Below, in pieces: positions 41,460-56,400 of a DNA stretch of 64,000 nucleotides (positions are counted from its first letter, which is position 1; each line of letters starts with the position of its first letter). The notes beneath the pieces were generated by a model. It saw nothing but the letters and a program-made list of their open reading frames with translations. It searched no databases and was not told the DNA's origin. A program made the position numbers and the translations under genes. Source of the DNA: Auanema rhodensis. Its lineage: Eukaryota > Animalia > Nematoda. Location: contig OZ059894.1 of assembly GCA_964057225.1 (NCBI GenBank), positions 20,770,001 to 20,834,000 on the forward strand, read 5' to 3'.

Positions 41460-44400
41460 CGCATCGAATGCACTATACTACATTGAGAAACGCTTAATAC
41501 AAAAATTAGTTATGATCGTTTGAAAAATGATGCATTAGTGTATGTTGAGTTTCCATGTACACTCAACATTGCTTCCAAAAACATTTTGACAAAAATTTTT
41601 TCGAAAAATTTCAAGATAATTTAGCAAAAAGTAGATGTTTTTAGATTCCTTTTCTCAAGGCAAAGACGATGGACAATGTTATTCAACGAAAAAATTAATT
41701 CTTCAGGGTGAAAATCGAGGATATAAGTGTGAACTTATATCAGTTGATATCTCGGTGCATTTTTAAGCTAGCGCAAATCTGATAACACAGATCGACGCAA
41801 CTTAAAAATCCGCATCGAATGCACTATACTACATTGAGAAACGCTTAATACAAAAATTAGTTATGATCGTTTGAAAAATGATGCATTAGTGTATGTTGAG
41901 TTTCCATGTACACTCAACATTGCTTCCAAAAACATTTTGACAAAAATTTTTTCGAGAAATTTCAAAATAATTTAGCAAAAAGTAGATGTTTTTAGATTCC
42001 TTTTTTCAAGGCAAAGACGATGGACAATGTTATTCAACGAAAAAATTAATTCTTCAGGGTGAAAATCGAGGATATAAGTGTGAACTTATATCAGTTGATA
42101 TCTCGGTGCATTTTTAAGCTAGCGCAAATCTGATAACACAGATCGACGCAACTTAAAAATCCGCATCGAATGCACTATACTACATTGAGAAACGCTTAAT
42201 ACAAAAATTAGTTATGATCGTTTGAAAAATGATGGATTAGTGTATGTTGAGTTTCCATGTACACTCAACATTGCTTCCAAAAACATTTTGACAAAAATTT
42301 TTTCGAAAAATTTCAAAATAATTTAGCAAAAAGTAGATGTTTTTAGATTCCTTTTTTCAAGGCAAAGACGATGGACAATGTTATTCAACGAAAAAATTAA
42401 TTCATCAGGGTGAAAATCGAGGATATAAGTGTGAACTTATATCAGTTGATATCTCGGTGCATTTTTAAGCTAGCGCAAATCTGATAACACAGATCGACGC
42501 AGCTTCAAAATCCGCATCGAATACACTATACTACATTGAGAAACGCTTAATACAAAAATTAGTTATGTTCGTTTGAAAAATGATGCATTAGTGTATGTTG
42601 AGTTTCCATGTACACTCAACATTGCTTCCAAAAACATTTTGACAAAAATTTTTTCGAGAAATTTCAAAATATTTTAGCAAAAAGTAGATGTTTTTAGATT
42701 CCTTTTCTCAAGGCAAAGACGATGGACAATGTTATTCAACGAAAAAATTAATTCTTCAGGGTGAAAATCGAGGATATAAGTGTGAACTTATATCAGTTGA
42801 TATCTCGGTGCATTTTTAAGCTAGCGCAAATCTGATAACACAGATCGACGCAACTTAAAAATCCGCATCGAATGCACTATACTACATTGAGAAACGCTTA
42901 ATACAAAAATTAGTTATGATCGTTTGAAAAATGATGCATTAGTGTATGTTGAGTTTCCATGTACACTCAACATTGCTTCCAAAAACATTTTGACAAAAAT
43001 TTTTTCGAAAAATTTCAAAATAATTTAGCAAAAAGTAGATGTTTTTAGATTCCTTTTTTCAAGGCAAAGACGATGGACAATGTTATTCAACGAAAAAATT
43101 AATTCATCAGGGTGAAAATCGAGGATATAAGTGTGAACTTATATCAGTTGATATCTCGGTGCATTTTTAAGCTAGCGCAAATCTGATAACACAGATCGAC
43201 GCAACTTAAAAATCCGCATCGAATGCACTATACTACATTGAGAAACGCTTAATACAAAAAATAGTTATGATCGTTTGAAAAATGATGCATTAGTGTATGT
43301 TGAGTTTCCATGTACACTCAACATTGCTTCCAAAAACATTTTGACAAAAATTTTTTCGAAAAATTTCAAAATAATTTAGCAAAAAGTAGATGTTTTTAGA
43401 TTCCATTGTTCAAGGCAAAGACGATGGACAATGTTATTCAACGAAAAAATTGATTCATCAGGGTGAAAATCGAGGATATAAGTGTGAACTTATATCAGTT
43501 GATATCTCGGTGCATTTTTAAGCTAGCGCAAATCTGATAACACAGATCGACGCAACTTAAAAATCCGCATCGAATGCACTATACTACATTGAGAAACGCT
43601 TAATACAAAAATTAGTTATGATCGTTTGAAAAATGATGCATTAGTGTATGTTGAGTTTCCATGTACACTCAACATTGCTTCCAAAAACATTTTGACAAAA
43701 ATTTTTTCGAAAAATTTCAAGATAATTTAGCAAAAAGTAGATGTTTTTAGATTCCTTTTCTCAAGGCAAAGACGATGGACAATGTTATTCAACGAAAAAA
43801 TTAATTCTTCAGGGTGAAAATCGAGGATATAAGTGTGAACTTATATCAGTTGATATCTCGGTGCATTTTTAAGCTAGCGCAAATCTGATAACACAGATCG
43901 ACGCAACTTAAAAATCCGCATCGAATGCACTATACTACATTGAGAAACGCTTAATACAAAAATTAGTTATGATCGTTTGAAAAATGATGCATTAGTGTAT
44001 GTTGAGTTTCCATGTACACTCAACATTGCTTCCAAAAACATTTTGACAAAAATTTTTTCGAAAAATTTCAAAATAATTTAGCAAAAAGTAGATGTTTTTA
44101 GATTCCTTTTTTCAAGGCAAAAACGATGGACAATGTTATTCAACGAAAAAATTAATTCTTCAGGGTGAAAATCGAGGATAAAAGTGTGAACTTATATCAG
44201 TTGATATCTCGGTGCATTTTTAAGCTAGCGCAAATCTGATAACACAGATCGACGCAGCTTAAAAATCCGCATCGAATGCACTATACTACATTGAGAAACG
44301 CTTAATACAAAAATTAGTTATGATCGTTTGAAAAATGATGCATTAGTGTATGTTGAGTTTCCATGTACACTCAACATTGCTTCCAAAAACATTTTGACAA

Positions 44401-47400
44401 AAATTTTTTCGAAAAATTTCGAAATAATTTAGCAAAAAGTAGATGTTTTTAGATTCCATTTTTCAAGGCAAAGACGATGGACAATGTTATTCAACGAAAA
44501 AATTAATTCTTCAGGGTGAAAATCGAGGATATAAGTGTGAACTTATATCAGTTGATATCTCGGTGCATTTTTAAGCTAGCGCAAATCTGATAACACAGAT
44601 CGACGCAGCTTCAAAATCCGCATCGAATGCACTATACTACATTGAGAAACGCTTAATACAAAAATTAGTTATGATCGTTTGAAAAATGATGCATTAGTGT
44701 ATGTTGAGTTTCCATGTACACTCAACATTGCTTCCAAAAACATTTTGACAAAAATTTTTTCGAGAAATTTCAAAATAATTCAGCAAAAAGTAGATGTTTT
44801 TAGATTCCTTTTTTCAAGGCAAAAACGATGGACAATGTTATTCAACGAAAAAATTAATTCTTCAGGGTGAAAATCGAGGATATAAGTGTGAACTTATATC
44901 AGTTGATATCTCGGTGAATTTTTAAGCTAGCGCGAATCTGATAACACAGATCGACGCAGCTTAAAAATCCGCATCGAATGCACTATACTACATTGAGAAA
45001 CGCTTAATACAAAAATTAGTTATGATCGTTTGAAAAATGATGCATTAGTGTATGTTGAGTTTCCATGTACACTCAACATTGCTTCCAAAAACATTTTGAC
45101 AAAAATTTTTTCGAGAAATTTCAAAATAATTTAGCAAAAAGTAGATGTTTTTAGATTCCTTTTTTCAAGGCAAAGACGATGGACAATGTTATTCAACGAA
45201 AAAATTAATTCTTCAGGGTGAAAATCGAGGATATAAGTGTGAACTTATATCAGTTGATATCTCTGTGCATTTTTAAGCTAGCGCAAATCTGATAACACAG
45301 ATCGACGCAGCTTCAAAATCCGCATCGAATGCACTATACTACATTGAGAAACGCTTAATACAAAAATTAGTTATGATCGTTTGAAAAATGATGCATTAGT
45401 GTATGTTGAGTTTCCATGTACACTCAACATTGCTTCCAAAAACATTTTGACAAAAATTTTTTCGAAAAATTTCGAAATAATTTAGCAAAAAGTAGATGTT
45501 TTTAGATTCCATTTTTCAAGGCAAAGACGATGGACAATGTTATTCAACGAAAAAATTAATTCTTCAGGGTGAAAATCGAGGATATAAGTGTGAACTTATA
45601 TCAGTTGATATCTCGGTGAATTTTTAAGCTAGCGCGAATCTGATAACACAGATCGACGCAGCTTAAAAATCCGCATCGAATGCACTATACTACATTGAGA
45701 AACGCTTAATACAAAAATTAGTTATGATCGTTTGAAAAATGATGCATTAGTGTATGTTGAGTTTCCATGTACACTCAACATTGCTTCCAAAAACATTTTG
45801 ACAAAAATTTTTTCGAAAAATTTCAGAATAATTTAGCAAAAAGTAGATGTTTTTAGATTCCATTTTTCAAGGCAAAGACGATGGACAATGTTATTCAACG
45901 AAAAAATTAATTCTTCAGGGTGAAAATCGAGGATATAAGTGTGAACTTATATCAGTTGATATCTCGGTGCATTTTTAAGCTAGCGCAAATCTGATAACAC
46001 AGATCGACGCAGCTCAAAAATCCGCATCGAATGCACTATACTACATTGAGAAACGCTTAATACAAAAATTAGTTATGATCGTTTGAAAAATGATGCATTA
46101 GTGTATGTTGAGTTTCCATGTACACTCAACATTGCTTCCAAAAACATTTTGACAAAAATTTTTTCGAAAAATTTCGAAATAATTTAGCAAAAAGTAGATG
46201 TTTTTAGATTCCATTTTTCAAGGCAAAGACGATGGACAATGTTATTCAACGAAAAAATTAATTCTTCAGGGTGAAAATCGAGGATATAAGTGTGAACTTA
46301 TATCAGTTGATATCTCTGTGCATTTTTAAGCTAGCGCAAATCTGATAACACAGATCGACGCAACTTGAAAATCCGCATCGAATGCACTATACTACATTGA
46401 GAAACGCTTAATACAAAAATTAGTTATGATCGTTTGAAAAATGATGCATTAGTGTATGTTGAGTTTCCATGTACACTCAACATTGCTTCCAAAAACATTT
46501 TGACAAAAATTTTTTCGAAAAATTTCAAAATAATTTAGCAAAAAGTAGATGTTTTTAGATTCCTTTTTTCAAGGCAAAGACGATGGACAATGTTATTCAA
46601 CGAAAAAATTAATTCATCAGGGTGAAAATCGAGGATATAAGTGTGAACTTATATCAGTTGATATCTCGGTGCATTTTTAAGCTAGCGCAAATCTGATAAC
46701 ACAGATCGACGCAGCTTCAAAATCCGCATCGAATGCACTATACTACATTGAGAAACGCTTAATACAAAAATTAGTTATGATCGTTTGAAAAATGATGCAT
46801 TAGTGTATGTTGAGTTTCCTTGTACACTCAACATTGCTTCCAAAAACATTTTGACAAAAATTTTTTCGAGAAATTTCAAAATAATTTAGCAAAAAGTAGA
46901 TGTTTTTAGATTCCTTTTTTCAAGGCAAAGACGATGGACAATGTTATTCAACGAAAAAATTAATTCTTCAGGGTGAAAATCGAGGATATAAGTGTGAACT
47001 TATATCAGTTGATATCTCGGTGCATTTTTAAGCTAGCGCAAATCTGATAACACAGATCGACGCAACTTAAAAATCCGCATCGAATGCACTATACTACATT
47101 GAGAAACGCTTAATACAAAAATTAGTTATGATCGTTTGAAAAATGATGCATTAGTGTATGTTGAGTTTCCATGTACACTCAACATTGCTTCCAAAAACAT
47201 TTTGACAAAAATTTTTTCGAAAAATTTCAAAATAATTTAGCAAAAAGTAGATGTTTTTAGATTCCTTTTTTCAAGGCAAAGACGATGGACAATGTTATTC
47301 AACGAAAAAATTAATTCATCAGGGTGAAAATCGAGGATATAAGTGTGAACTTATATCAGTTGATATCTCGGTGCATTTTTAAGCTAGCGCAAATCTGATA

Positions 47401-50400
47401 ACACAGATCGACGCAGCTTCAAAATCCGCATCGAATACACTATACTACATTGAGAAACGCTTAATACAAAAATTAGTTATGTTCGTTTGAAAAATGATGC
47501 ATTAGTGTATGTTGAGTTTCCATGTACACTCAACATTGCTTCCAAAAACATTTTGACAAAAATTTTTTCGAGAAATTTCAAAATATTTTAGCAAAAAGTA
47601 GATGTTTTTAGATTCCTTTTCTCAAGGCAAAGACGATGGACAATGTTATTCAACGAAAAAATTAATTCTTCAGGGTGAAAATCGAGGATATAAGTGTGAA
47701 CTTATATCAGTTGATATCTCGGTGCATTTTTAAGCTAGCGCAAATCTGATAACACAGATCGACGCAACTTAAAAATCCGCATCGAATGCACTATACTACA
47801 TTGAGAAACGCTTATTACAAAAATTAGTTATGATCGTTTGAAAAATGATGCATTAGTGTATGTTGAGTTTCCATGTACACTCAACATTGCTTCCAAAAAC
47901 ATTTTGACAAAAATTTTTTCGAAAAATTTCAAAATAATTTAGCAAAAAGTAGATGTTTTTAGATTCCATTTTTCAAGGCAAAGACGATGGACAATGTTAT
48001 TCAACGAAAAAATTGATTCTTCAGGGTGAAAATCGAGGATATGAGTGTGAACTTATATCAGTTGATATCTCGGTGCATTTTTAAGCTAGCGCAAATCTGA
48101 TGACACAGATCGACGCAGCTTAAAAATCCGCATCGAATGCACTATACTACATTGAGAAACGCTTAATACAAAAATTAGTTATGATCGTTTGAAAAATGAT
48201 GCATTAGTGTATGTTGAGTTTCCATGTACACTCAACATTGCTTCCAAAAACATTTTGACAAAAATTTTTTCGAAAAATTTCAAAATAATTTAGCAAAAAG
48301 TAGATGTTTTTAGATTCCATTTTTCAAGGCAAAGACGATGGACAATGTTATTCAACGAAAAAATTGATTCTTCAGGGTGAAAATCGAGGATATAAGTGTG
48401 AACTTATATCAGTTGATATCTCGGTGCATTTTTAAGCTAGCGCAAATCTGATAACACAGATCGACGCAACTTAAAAATCCGCATCGAATGCACTATACTA
48501 CATTGAGAAACGCTTAATACAAAAATTAGTTATGATCGTTTGAAAAATGATGCATTAGTGTATGTTGAGTTTCCATGTACACTCAACATTGCTTCCAAAA
48601 ACATTTTGACAAAAATTTTTTCGAAAAATTTCAAAATAATTTAGCAAAAAGTAGATGTTTTTAGATCCCATTTTTCAAGGCAAAGACGATGGACAATGTT
48701 ATTCAACGAAAAAATTGATTCTTCAGGGTGAAAATCGAGGATATAAGTGTGAACTTATATCAGTTGATATCTCGGTGCATTTTTAAGCTAGCGCAAATCT
48801 GATAACACAGATCGACGCAACTTAAAAATCCGCATCGAATGCACTATACTACATTGAGAAACGCTTAATACAAAAATTAGTTATGATCGTTTGAAAAATG
48901 ATGCATTAGTGTATGTTGAGTTTCCATGTACACTCAACATTGCTTCCAAAAACATTTTGACAAAAATTTTTTCGAAAAATTTCAAAATAATTTAGCAAAA
49001 AGTAGATGTTTTTAGATTCCATTTTTCAAGGCAAAGACGATGGACAATGTTATTCAACGAAAAAATTGATTCTTCAGGGTGAAAATCGAGGATATAAGTG
49101 TGAACTTATATCAGTTGATATCTCGGTGCATTTTTAAGCTAGCGCAAATCTGATAACACAGATCGACGCAGCTTAAAAATCCGCATCGAATGCACTATAC
49201 TACATTGAGAAACGCTTAATACAAAAATTAGTTATGATCGTTTGAAAAATGATGCATTAGTGTATGTTGAGTTTCCATGTACACTCAACATTGCTTCCAA
49301 AAACATTTTGACAAAAATTTTTTCGAAAAATTTCAAGATAATTTAGCAAAAAGTAGATGTTTTTAGATTCCTTTTTTCAAGGCAAAGACGATGGACAATG
49401 TTATTCAACGAAAAAATTAATTCTTCAGGGTGAAAATCGAGGATATAAGTGTGAACTTATATCAGTTGATATCTCGGTGCATTTTTAAGCTAGCGCAAAT
49501 CTGATAACACAGATCGACGCAACTTAAAAATCCGCATCGAATGCACTATACTACATTGAGAAACGCTTAATACAAAAATTAGTTATGATCGTTTGAAAAA
49601 TGATGCATTAGTGTATGTTGAGTTTCCATGTACACTCAACATTGCTTCCAAAAACATTTTGACAAAAATTTTTTCGAAAAATTTCAAAATAATTTAGCAA
49701 AAAGTAGATGTTTTTAGATTCCATTTTTCAAGGCAAAGACGATGGACAATGTTATTCAACGAAAAAATTGATTCTTCAGGGTGAAAATCGAGGATATAAG
49801 TGTGAACTTATATCAGTTGATATCTCGGTGCATTTTTAAGCTAGCGCAAATCTGATAACACAGATCGACGCAGCTTAAAAATCCGCATCGAATGCACTAT
49901 ACTACATTGAGAAACGCTTAATACAAAAATTAGTTATGATCGTTTGAAAAATGATGCATTAGTGTATGTTGAGTTTCCATGTACACTCAACATTGCTTCC
50001 AAAAACATTTTGACAAAAATTTTTTCGAAAAATTTCAAAATAATTTAGCAAAAAGTAGATGTTTTTAGATTCCTTTTTTCAAGGCAAAGACGATGGACAA
50101 TGTTATTCAACGAAAAAATTAATTCATCAGGGTGAAAATCGAGGATATAAGTGTGAACTTATATCAGTTGATATCTCGGTGCATTTTTAAGCTAGCGCAA
50201 ATCTGATAACACAGATCGACGCAGCTTCAAAATCCGCATCGAATGCACTATACTACATTGAGAAACGCTTAATACAAAAATTAGTTATGATCGTTTGAAA
50301 AATGATGCATTAGTGTATGTTGAGTTTCCTTGTACACTCAACATTGCTTCCAAAAACATTTTGACAAAAATTTTTTCGAGAAATTTCAAAATAATTTAGC

Positions 50401-53400
50401 AAAAAGTAGATGTTTTTAGATTCCTTTTTTCAAGGCAAAGACGATGGACAATGTTATTCAACGAAAAAATTAATTCTTCAGGGTGAAAATCGAGGATATA
50501 AGTGTGAACTTATATCAGTTGATATCTCGGTGCATTTTTAAGCTAGCGCAAATCTGATAACACAGATCGACGCAACTTAAAAATCCGCATCGAATGCACT
50601 ATACTACATTGAGAAACGCTTAATACAAAAATTAGTTATGATCGTTTGAAAAATGATGCATTAGTGTATGTTGAGTTTCCATGTACACTCAACATTGCTT
50701 CCAAAAACATTTTGACAAAAATTTTTTCGAAAAATTTCAAAATAATTTAGCAAAAAGTAGATGTTTTTAGATTCCTTTTTTCAAGGCAAAGACGATGGAC
50801 AATGTTATTCAACGAAAAAATTAATTCATCAGGGTGAAAATCGAGGATATAAGTGTGAACTTATATCAGTTGATATCTCGGTGCATTTTTAAGCTAGCGC
50901 AAATCTGATAACACAGATCGACGCAGCTTCAAAATCCGCATCGAATACACTATACTACATTGAGAAACGCTTAATACAAAAATTAGTTATGTTCGTTTGA
51001 AAAATGATGCATTAGTGTATGTTGAGTTTCCATGTACACTCAACATTGCTTCCAAAAACATTTTGACAAAAATTTTTTCGAGAAATTTCAAAATATTTTA
51101 GCAAAAAGTAGATGTTTTTAGATTCCTTTTCTCAAGGCAAAGACGATGGACAATGTTATTCAACGAAAAAATTAATTCTTCAGGGTGAAAATCGAGGATA
51201 TAAGTGTGAACTTATATCAGTTGATATCTCGGTGCATTTTTAAGCTAGCGCAAATCTGATAACACAGATCGACGCAACTTAAAAATCCGCATCGAATGCA
51301 CTATACTACATTGAGAAACGCTTATTACAAAAATTAGTTATGATCGTTTGAAAAATGATGCATTAGTGTATGTTGAGTTTCCATGTACACTCAACATTGC
51401 TTCCAAAAACATTTTGACAAAAATTTTTTCGAAAAATTTCAAAATAATTTAGCAAAAAGTAGATGTTTTTAGATTCCATTTTTCAAGGCAAAGACGATGG
51501 ACAATGTTATTCAACGAAAAAATTGATTCTTCAGGGTGAAAATCGAGGATATGAGTGTGAACTTATATCAGTTGATATCTCGGTGCATTTTTAAGCTAGC
51601 GCAAATCTGATGACACAGATCGACGCAGCTTAAAAATCCGCATCGAATGCACTATACTACATTGAGAAACGCTTAATACAAAAATTAGTTATGATCGTTT
51701 GAAAAATGATGCATTAGTGTATGTTGAGTTTCCATGTACACTCAACATTGCTTCCAAAAACATTTTGACAAAAATTTTTTCGAAAAATTTCAAAATAATT
51801 TAGCAAAAAGTAGATGTTTTTAGATTCCATTTTTCAAGGCAAAGACGATGGACAATGTTATTCAACGAAAAAATTGATTCTTCAGGGTGAAAATCGAGGA
51901 TATAAGTGTGAACTTATATCAGTTGATATCTCGGTGCATTTTTAAGCTAGCGCAAATCTGATAACACAGATCGACGCAACTTAAAAATCCGCATCGAATG
52001 CACTATACTACATTGAGAAACGCTTAATACAAAAATTAGTTATGATCGTTTGAAAAATGATGCATTAGTGTATGTTGAGTTTCCATGTACACTCAACATT
52101 GCTTCCAAAAACATTTTGACAAAAATTTTTTCGAAAAATTTCAAAATAATTTAGCAAAAAGTAGATGTTTTTAGATTCCATTTTTCAAGGCAAAGACGAT
52201 GGACAATGTTATTCAACAAAAAAATTGATTCTTCAGGGTGAAAATCGAGGATATAAGTGTGAACTTATATCAGTTGATATCTCGGTGCATTTTTAAGCTA
52301 GCGCAAATCTGATAACACAGATCGACGCAACTTAAAAATCCGCATCGAATGCACTATACTACATTGAGAAACGCTTAATACAAAAATTAGTTATGATCGT
52401 TTGAAAAATGATGCATTAGTGTATGTTGAGTTTCCATGTACACTCAACATTGCTTCCAAAAACATTTTGACAAAAATTTTTTCGAAAAATTTCAAAATAA
52501 TTTAGCAAAAAGTAGATGTTTTTAGATTCCATTTTTCAAGGCAAAGACGATGGACAATGTTATTCAACGAAAAAATTGATTCTTCAGGGTGAAAATCGAG
52601 GATATAAGTGTGAACTTATATCAGTTGATATCTCGGTGCATTTTTAAGCTAGCGCAAATCTGATAACACAGATCGACGCAACTTAAAAATCCGCATCGAA
52701 TGCACTATACTACATTGAGAAACGCTTAATACAAAAATTAGTTATGATCGTTTGAAAAATGATGCATTAGTGTATGTTCAGTTTCCATGTACACTCAACA
52801 TTGCTTCCAAAAACATTTTGACAAAAATTTTTTCGAAAAATTTCAAAATAATTTAGCAAAAAGTAGATGTTTTTAGATTCCTTTTTTCAAGGCAAAGACG
52901 ATGGACAATGTTATTCAACGAAAAAATTAATTCTTCAGGGTGAAAATCGAGGATATAAGTGTGAACTTATATCAGTTGATATCTCGGTGCATTTTTAAGC
53001 TAGCGCAAATCTGATAACACAGATCGACGCAACTTAAAAATCCGCATCGAATGCACTATACTACATTGAGAAACGCTTAATACAAAAATTAGTTATGATC
53101 GTTTGAAAAATGATGCATTAGTGTATGTTGAGTTTCCATGTACACTCAACATTGCTTCCAAAAACATTTTGACAAAAATTTTTTCGAAAAATTTCAAAAT
53201 AATTTAGCAAAAAGTAGATGTTTTTAGATTCCATTTTTTAAGGCAAAGACGATGGACAACGTTATTCAACGAAAAAATTGATTCTTCAGGGTGAAAATCG
53301 AAGATATAAGTGTAAACTTATATCAGTTGATATCTCGGTGCATTTTTAAGCTAGCGCAAATCTGATAACACAGAACGACGCAGCTTAAAAATCCGCATCG

Positions 53401-56400
53401 AATGCACTATACTACATTGAGAAACGCTTAATACAAAAAAAAAATTAGTTATGATCGTTTGAAAAATGATGCATTAGTGTATGTTGAGTTTCCATGTACA
53501 CTCAACATTGCTTCCAAAAACATTTTGACAAAAATTTTTTCGAAAAATTTCGAAATAATTTAGCAAAAAGTAGATGTTTTTAGATTCCATTTTTCAAAGC
53601 AAAGACGATGGACAATGTTATTCAACGAAAAAATTAATTCTTCAGGGTGAAAATCGAGGATATAAGTGTGAACTTATATCAGTTGATATCTCGGTGCATT
53701 TTTAAGCTAGCGCAAATCTGATAACACAGATCGACGCAACTTAAAAATCCTCATCGAATGCACTATACTACATTGAGAAACGCTTAATACAAAAATTAGT
53801 TATGATCGTTTGAAAAATGATGCATTAGTGTATGTTGAGTTTCCATGTACACTCAACATTGCTTCCAAAAACATTTTGACAAAAATTTTTTCGAAAAATT
53901 TCAAAATAATTTAGCAAAAAGTAGATGTTTTTAGATTCCATTTTTCAAGGCAAAGACGATGGACAATGTTATTCAACGAAAAAATTGATTCTTCAGGGTG
54001 AAAATCGAGGATATAAGTGTGAACTTATATCAGTTGATATCTCGGTGCATTTTTAAGCTAGCGCAAATCTGATAACACAGATCGACGCAACTTAAAAATC
54101 CGCATCGAATGCACTATACTACATTGAGAAACGCTTAATACAAAAATTAGTTATGATCGTTTGAAAAATGATGCATTAGTGTATGTTCAGTTTCCATGTA
54201 CACTCAACATTGCTTCCAAAAACATTTTGACAAAAATTTTTTCGAAAAATTTCAAAATAATTTAGCAAAAAGTAGATGTTTTTAGATTCCTTTTTTCAAG
54301 GCAAAGACGATGGACAATGTTATTCAACGAAAAAATTAATTCTTCAGGGTGAAAATCGAGGATATAAGTGTGAACTTATATCAGTTGATATCTCGGTGCA
54401 TTTTTAAGCTAGCGCAAATCTGATAACACAGATCGACGCAACTTAAAAATCCGCATCGAATGCACTATACTACATTGAGAAACGCTTAATACAAAAATTA
54501 GTTATGATCGTTTGAAAAATGATGCATTAGTGTATGTTGAGTTTCCATGTACACTCAACATTGCTTCCAAAAACATTTTGACAAAAATTTTTTCGAAAAA
54601 TTTCAAAATAATTTAGCAAAAAGTAGATGTTTTTAGATTCCATTTTTTAAGGCAAAGACGATGGACAATGTTATTCAACGAAAAAATTGATTCTTCAGGG
54701 TGAAAATCGAAGATATAAGTGTAAACTTATATCAGTTGATATCTCGGTGCATTTTGAAGCTAGCGCAAATCTGATAACACAGAACGACGCAGCTTAAAAA
54801 TTCGCATCGAATGCACTATACTACATTGAGAAACGCTTAATACAAAAATTAGTTATGATCGTTTGAAAAATGATGCATTAGTGTATGTTGAGTTTCCATG
54901 TACACTCAACATTGCTTCCAAAAACATTTTGACAAAAATTTTTTCGAAAAATTTCGAAATAATTTAGCAAAAAGTAGATGTTTTTAGATTCCTTTTTTCA
55001 AGGCGAAGACGATGGACAATGTTATTCAACGAAAAAATTAATTCTTCAGGGTGAAAATCGAAGATATAAGTGTAAACTTATATCAGTTGATATCTCGGTG
55101 CATTTTTAAGGTAGCGCAAATCTGATAACACAGATCGACGCAGCTTAAAAATCCGCATCGAATGCACTATACTACATTGAGAAACGCTTAATACAAAAAA
55201 AAATTAGTTATGATCGTTTGAAAAATGATGCATTAGTGTATGTTGAGTTTCCATGTACACTCAACATTGCTTCCAAAAACATTTTGACAAAAATTTTTTC
55301 GAAAAATTTCGAAATAATTTAGCAAAAAGTAGATGTTTTTAGATTCCATTTTTCAAAGCAAAGACGATGGACAATGTTATTCAACGAAAAAATTAATTCT
55401 TCAGGGTGAAAATCGAGGATATAAGTGTGAACTTATATCAGTTGATAACTCGGTGCATTTTTAAGCTAGCGCAAATCTGATAACACAGATCGACGCAACT
55501 TAAAAATCCTCATCGAATGCACTATACTACATTGAGAAACGCTTAATACAAAAATTAGTTATGATCGTTTGAAAAATGATGCATTAGTGTATGTTGAGTT
55601 TCCATGTACACTCAACATTGCTTCCAAAAACATTTTGACAAAAATTTTTTCGAAAAATTTCAAAATATATTAGCAAAAAGTAGATGTTTTTAGATTCCAT
55701 TTTTCAAGGCAAAGACGATGGACAATGTTATTCAACGAAAAAATTGATTCTTCAGGGTGAAAATCGAGGATATAAGTGTGAACTTATATCAGTTGATATC
55801 TCGGTGCATTTTTAAGCTAGCGCAAATCTGATAACACAGATCGACGCAACTTAAAAATCCGCATCGAATGCACTATACTACATTGAGAAACGCTTAATAC
55901 AAAAATTAGTTATGATCGTTTGAAAAATGATGCATTAGTGTATGTTCAGTTTCCATGTACACTCAACATTGCTTCCAAAAACATTTTGACAAAAATTTTT
56001 TCGAAAAATTTCAAAATAATTTAGCAAAAAGTAGATGTTTTTAGATTCCTTTTTTCAAGGCAAAGACGATGGACAATGTTATTCAACGAAAAAATTAATT
56101 CTTCAGGGTGAAAATCGAGGATATAAGTGTGAACTTATATCAGTTGATATCTCGGTGCATTTTTAAGCTAGCGCAAATCTGATAACACAGATCGACGCAA
56201 CTTAAAAATCCGCATCGAATGCACTATACTACATTGAGAAACGCTTAATACAAAAATTAGTTATGATCGTTTGAAAAATGATGCATTAGTGTATGTTGAG
56301 TTTCCATGTACACTCAACATTGCTTCCAAAAACATTTTGACAAAAATTTTTTCGAAAAATTTCAAAATAATTTAGCAAAAAGTAGATGTTTTTAGATTCC

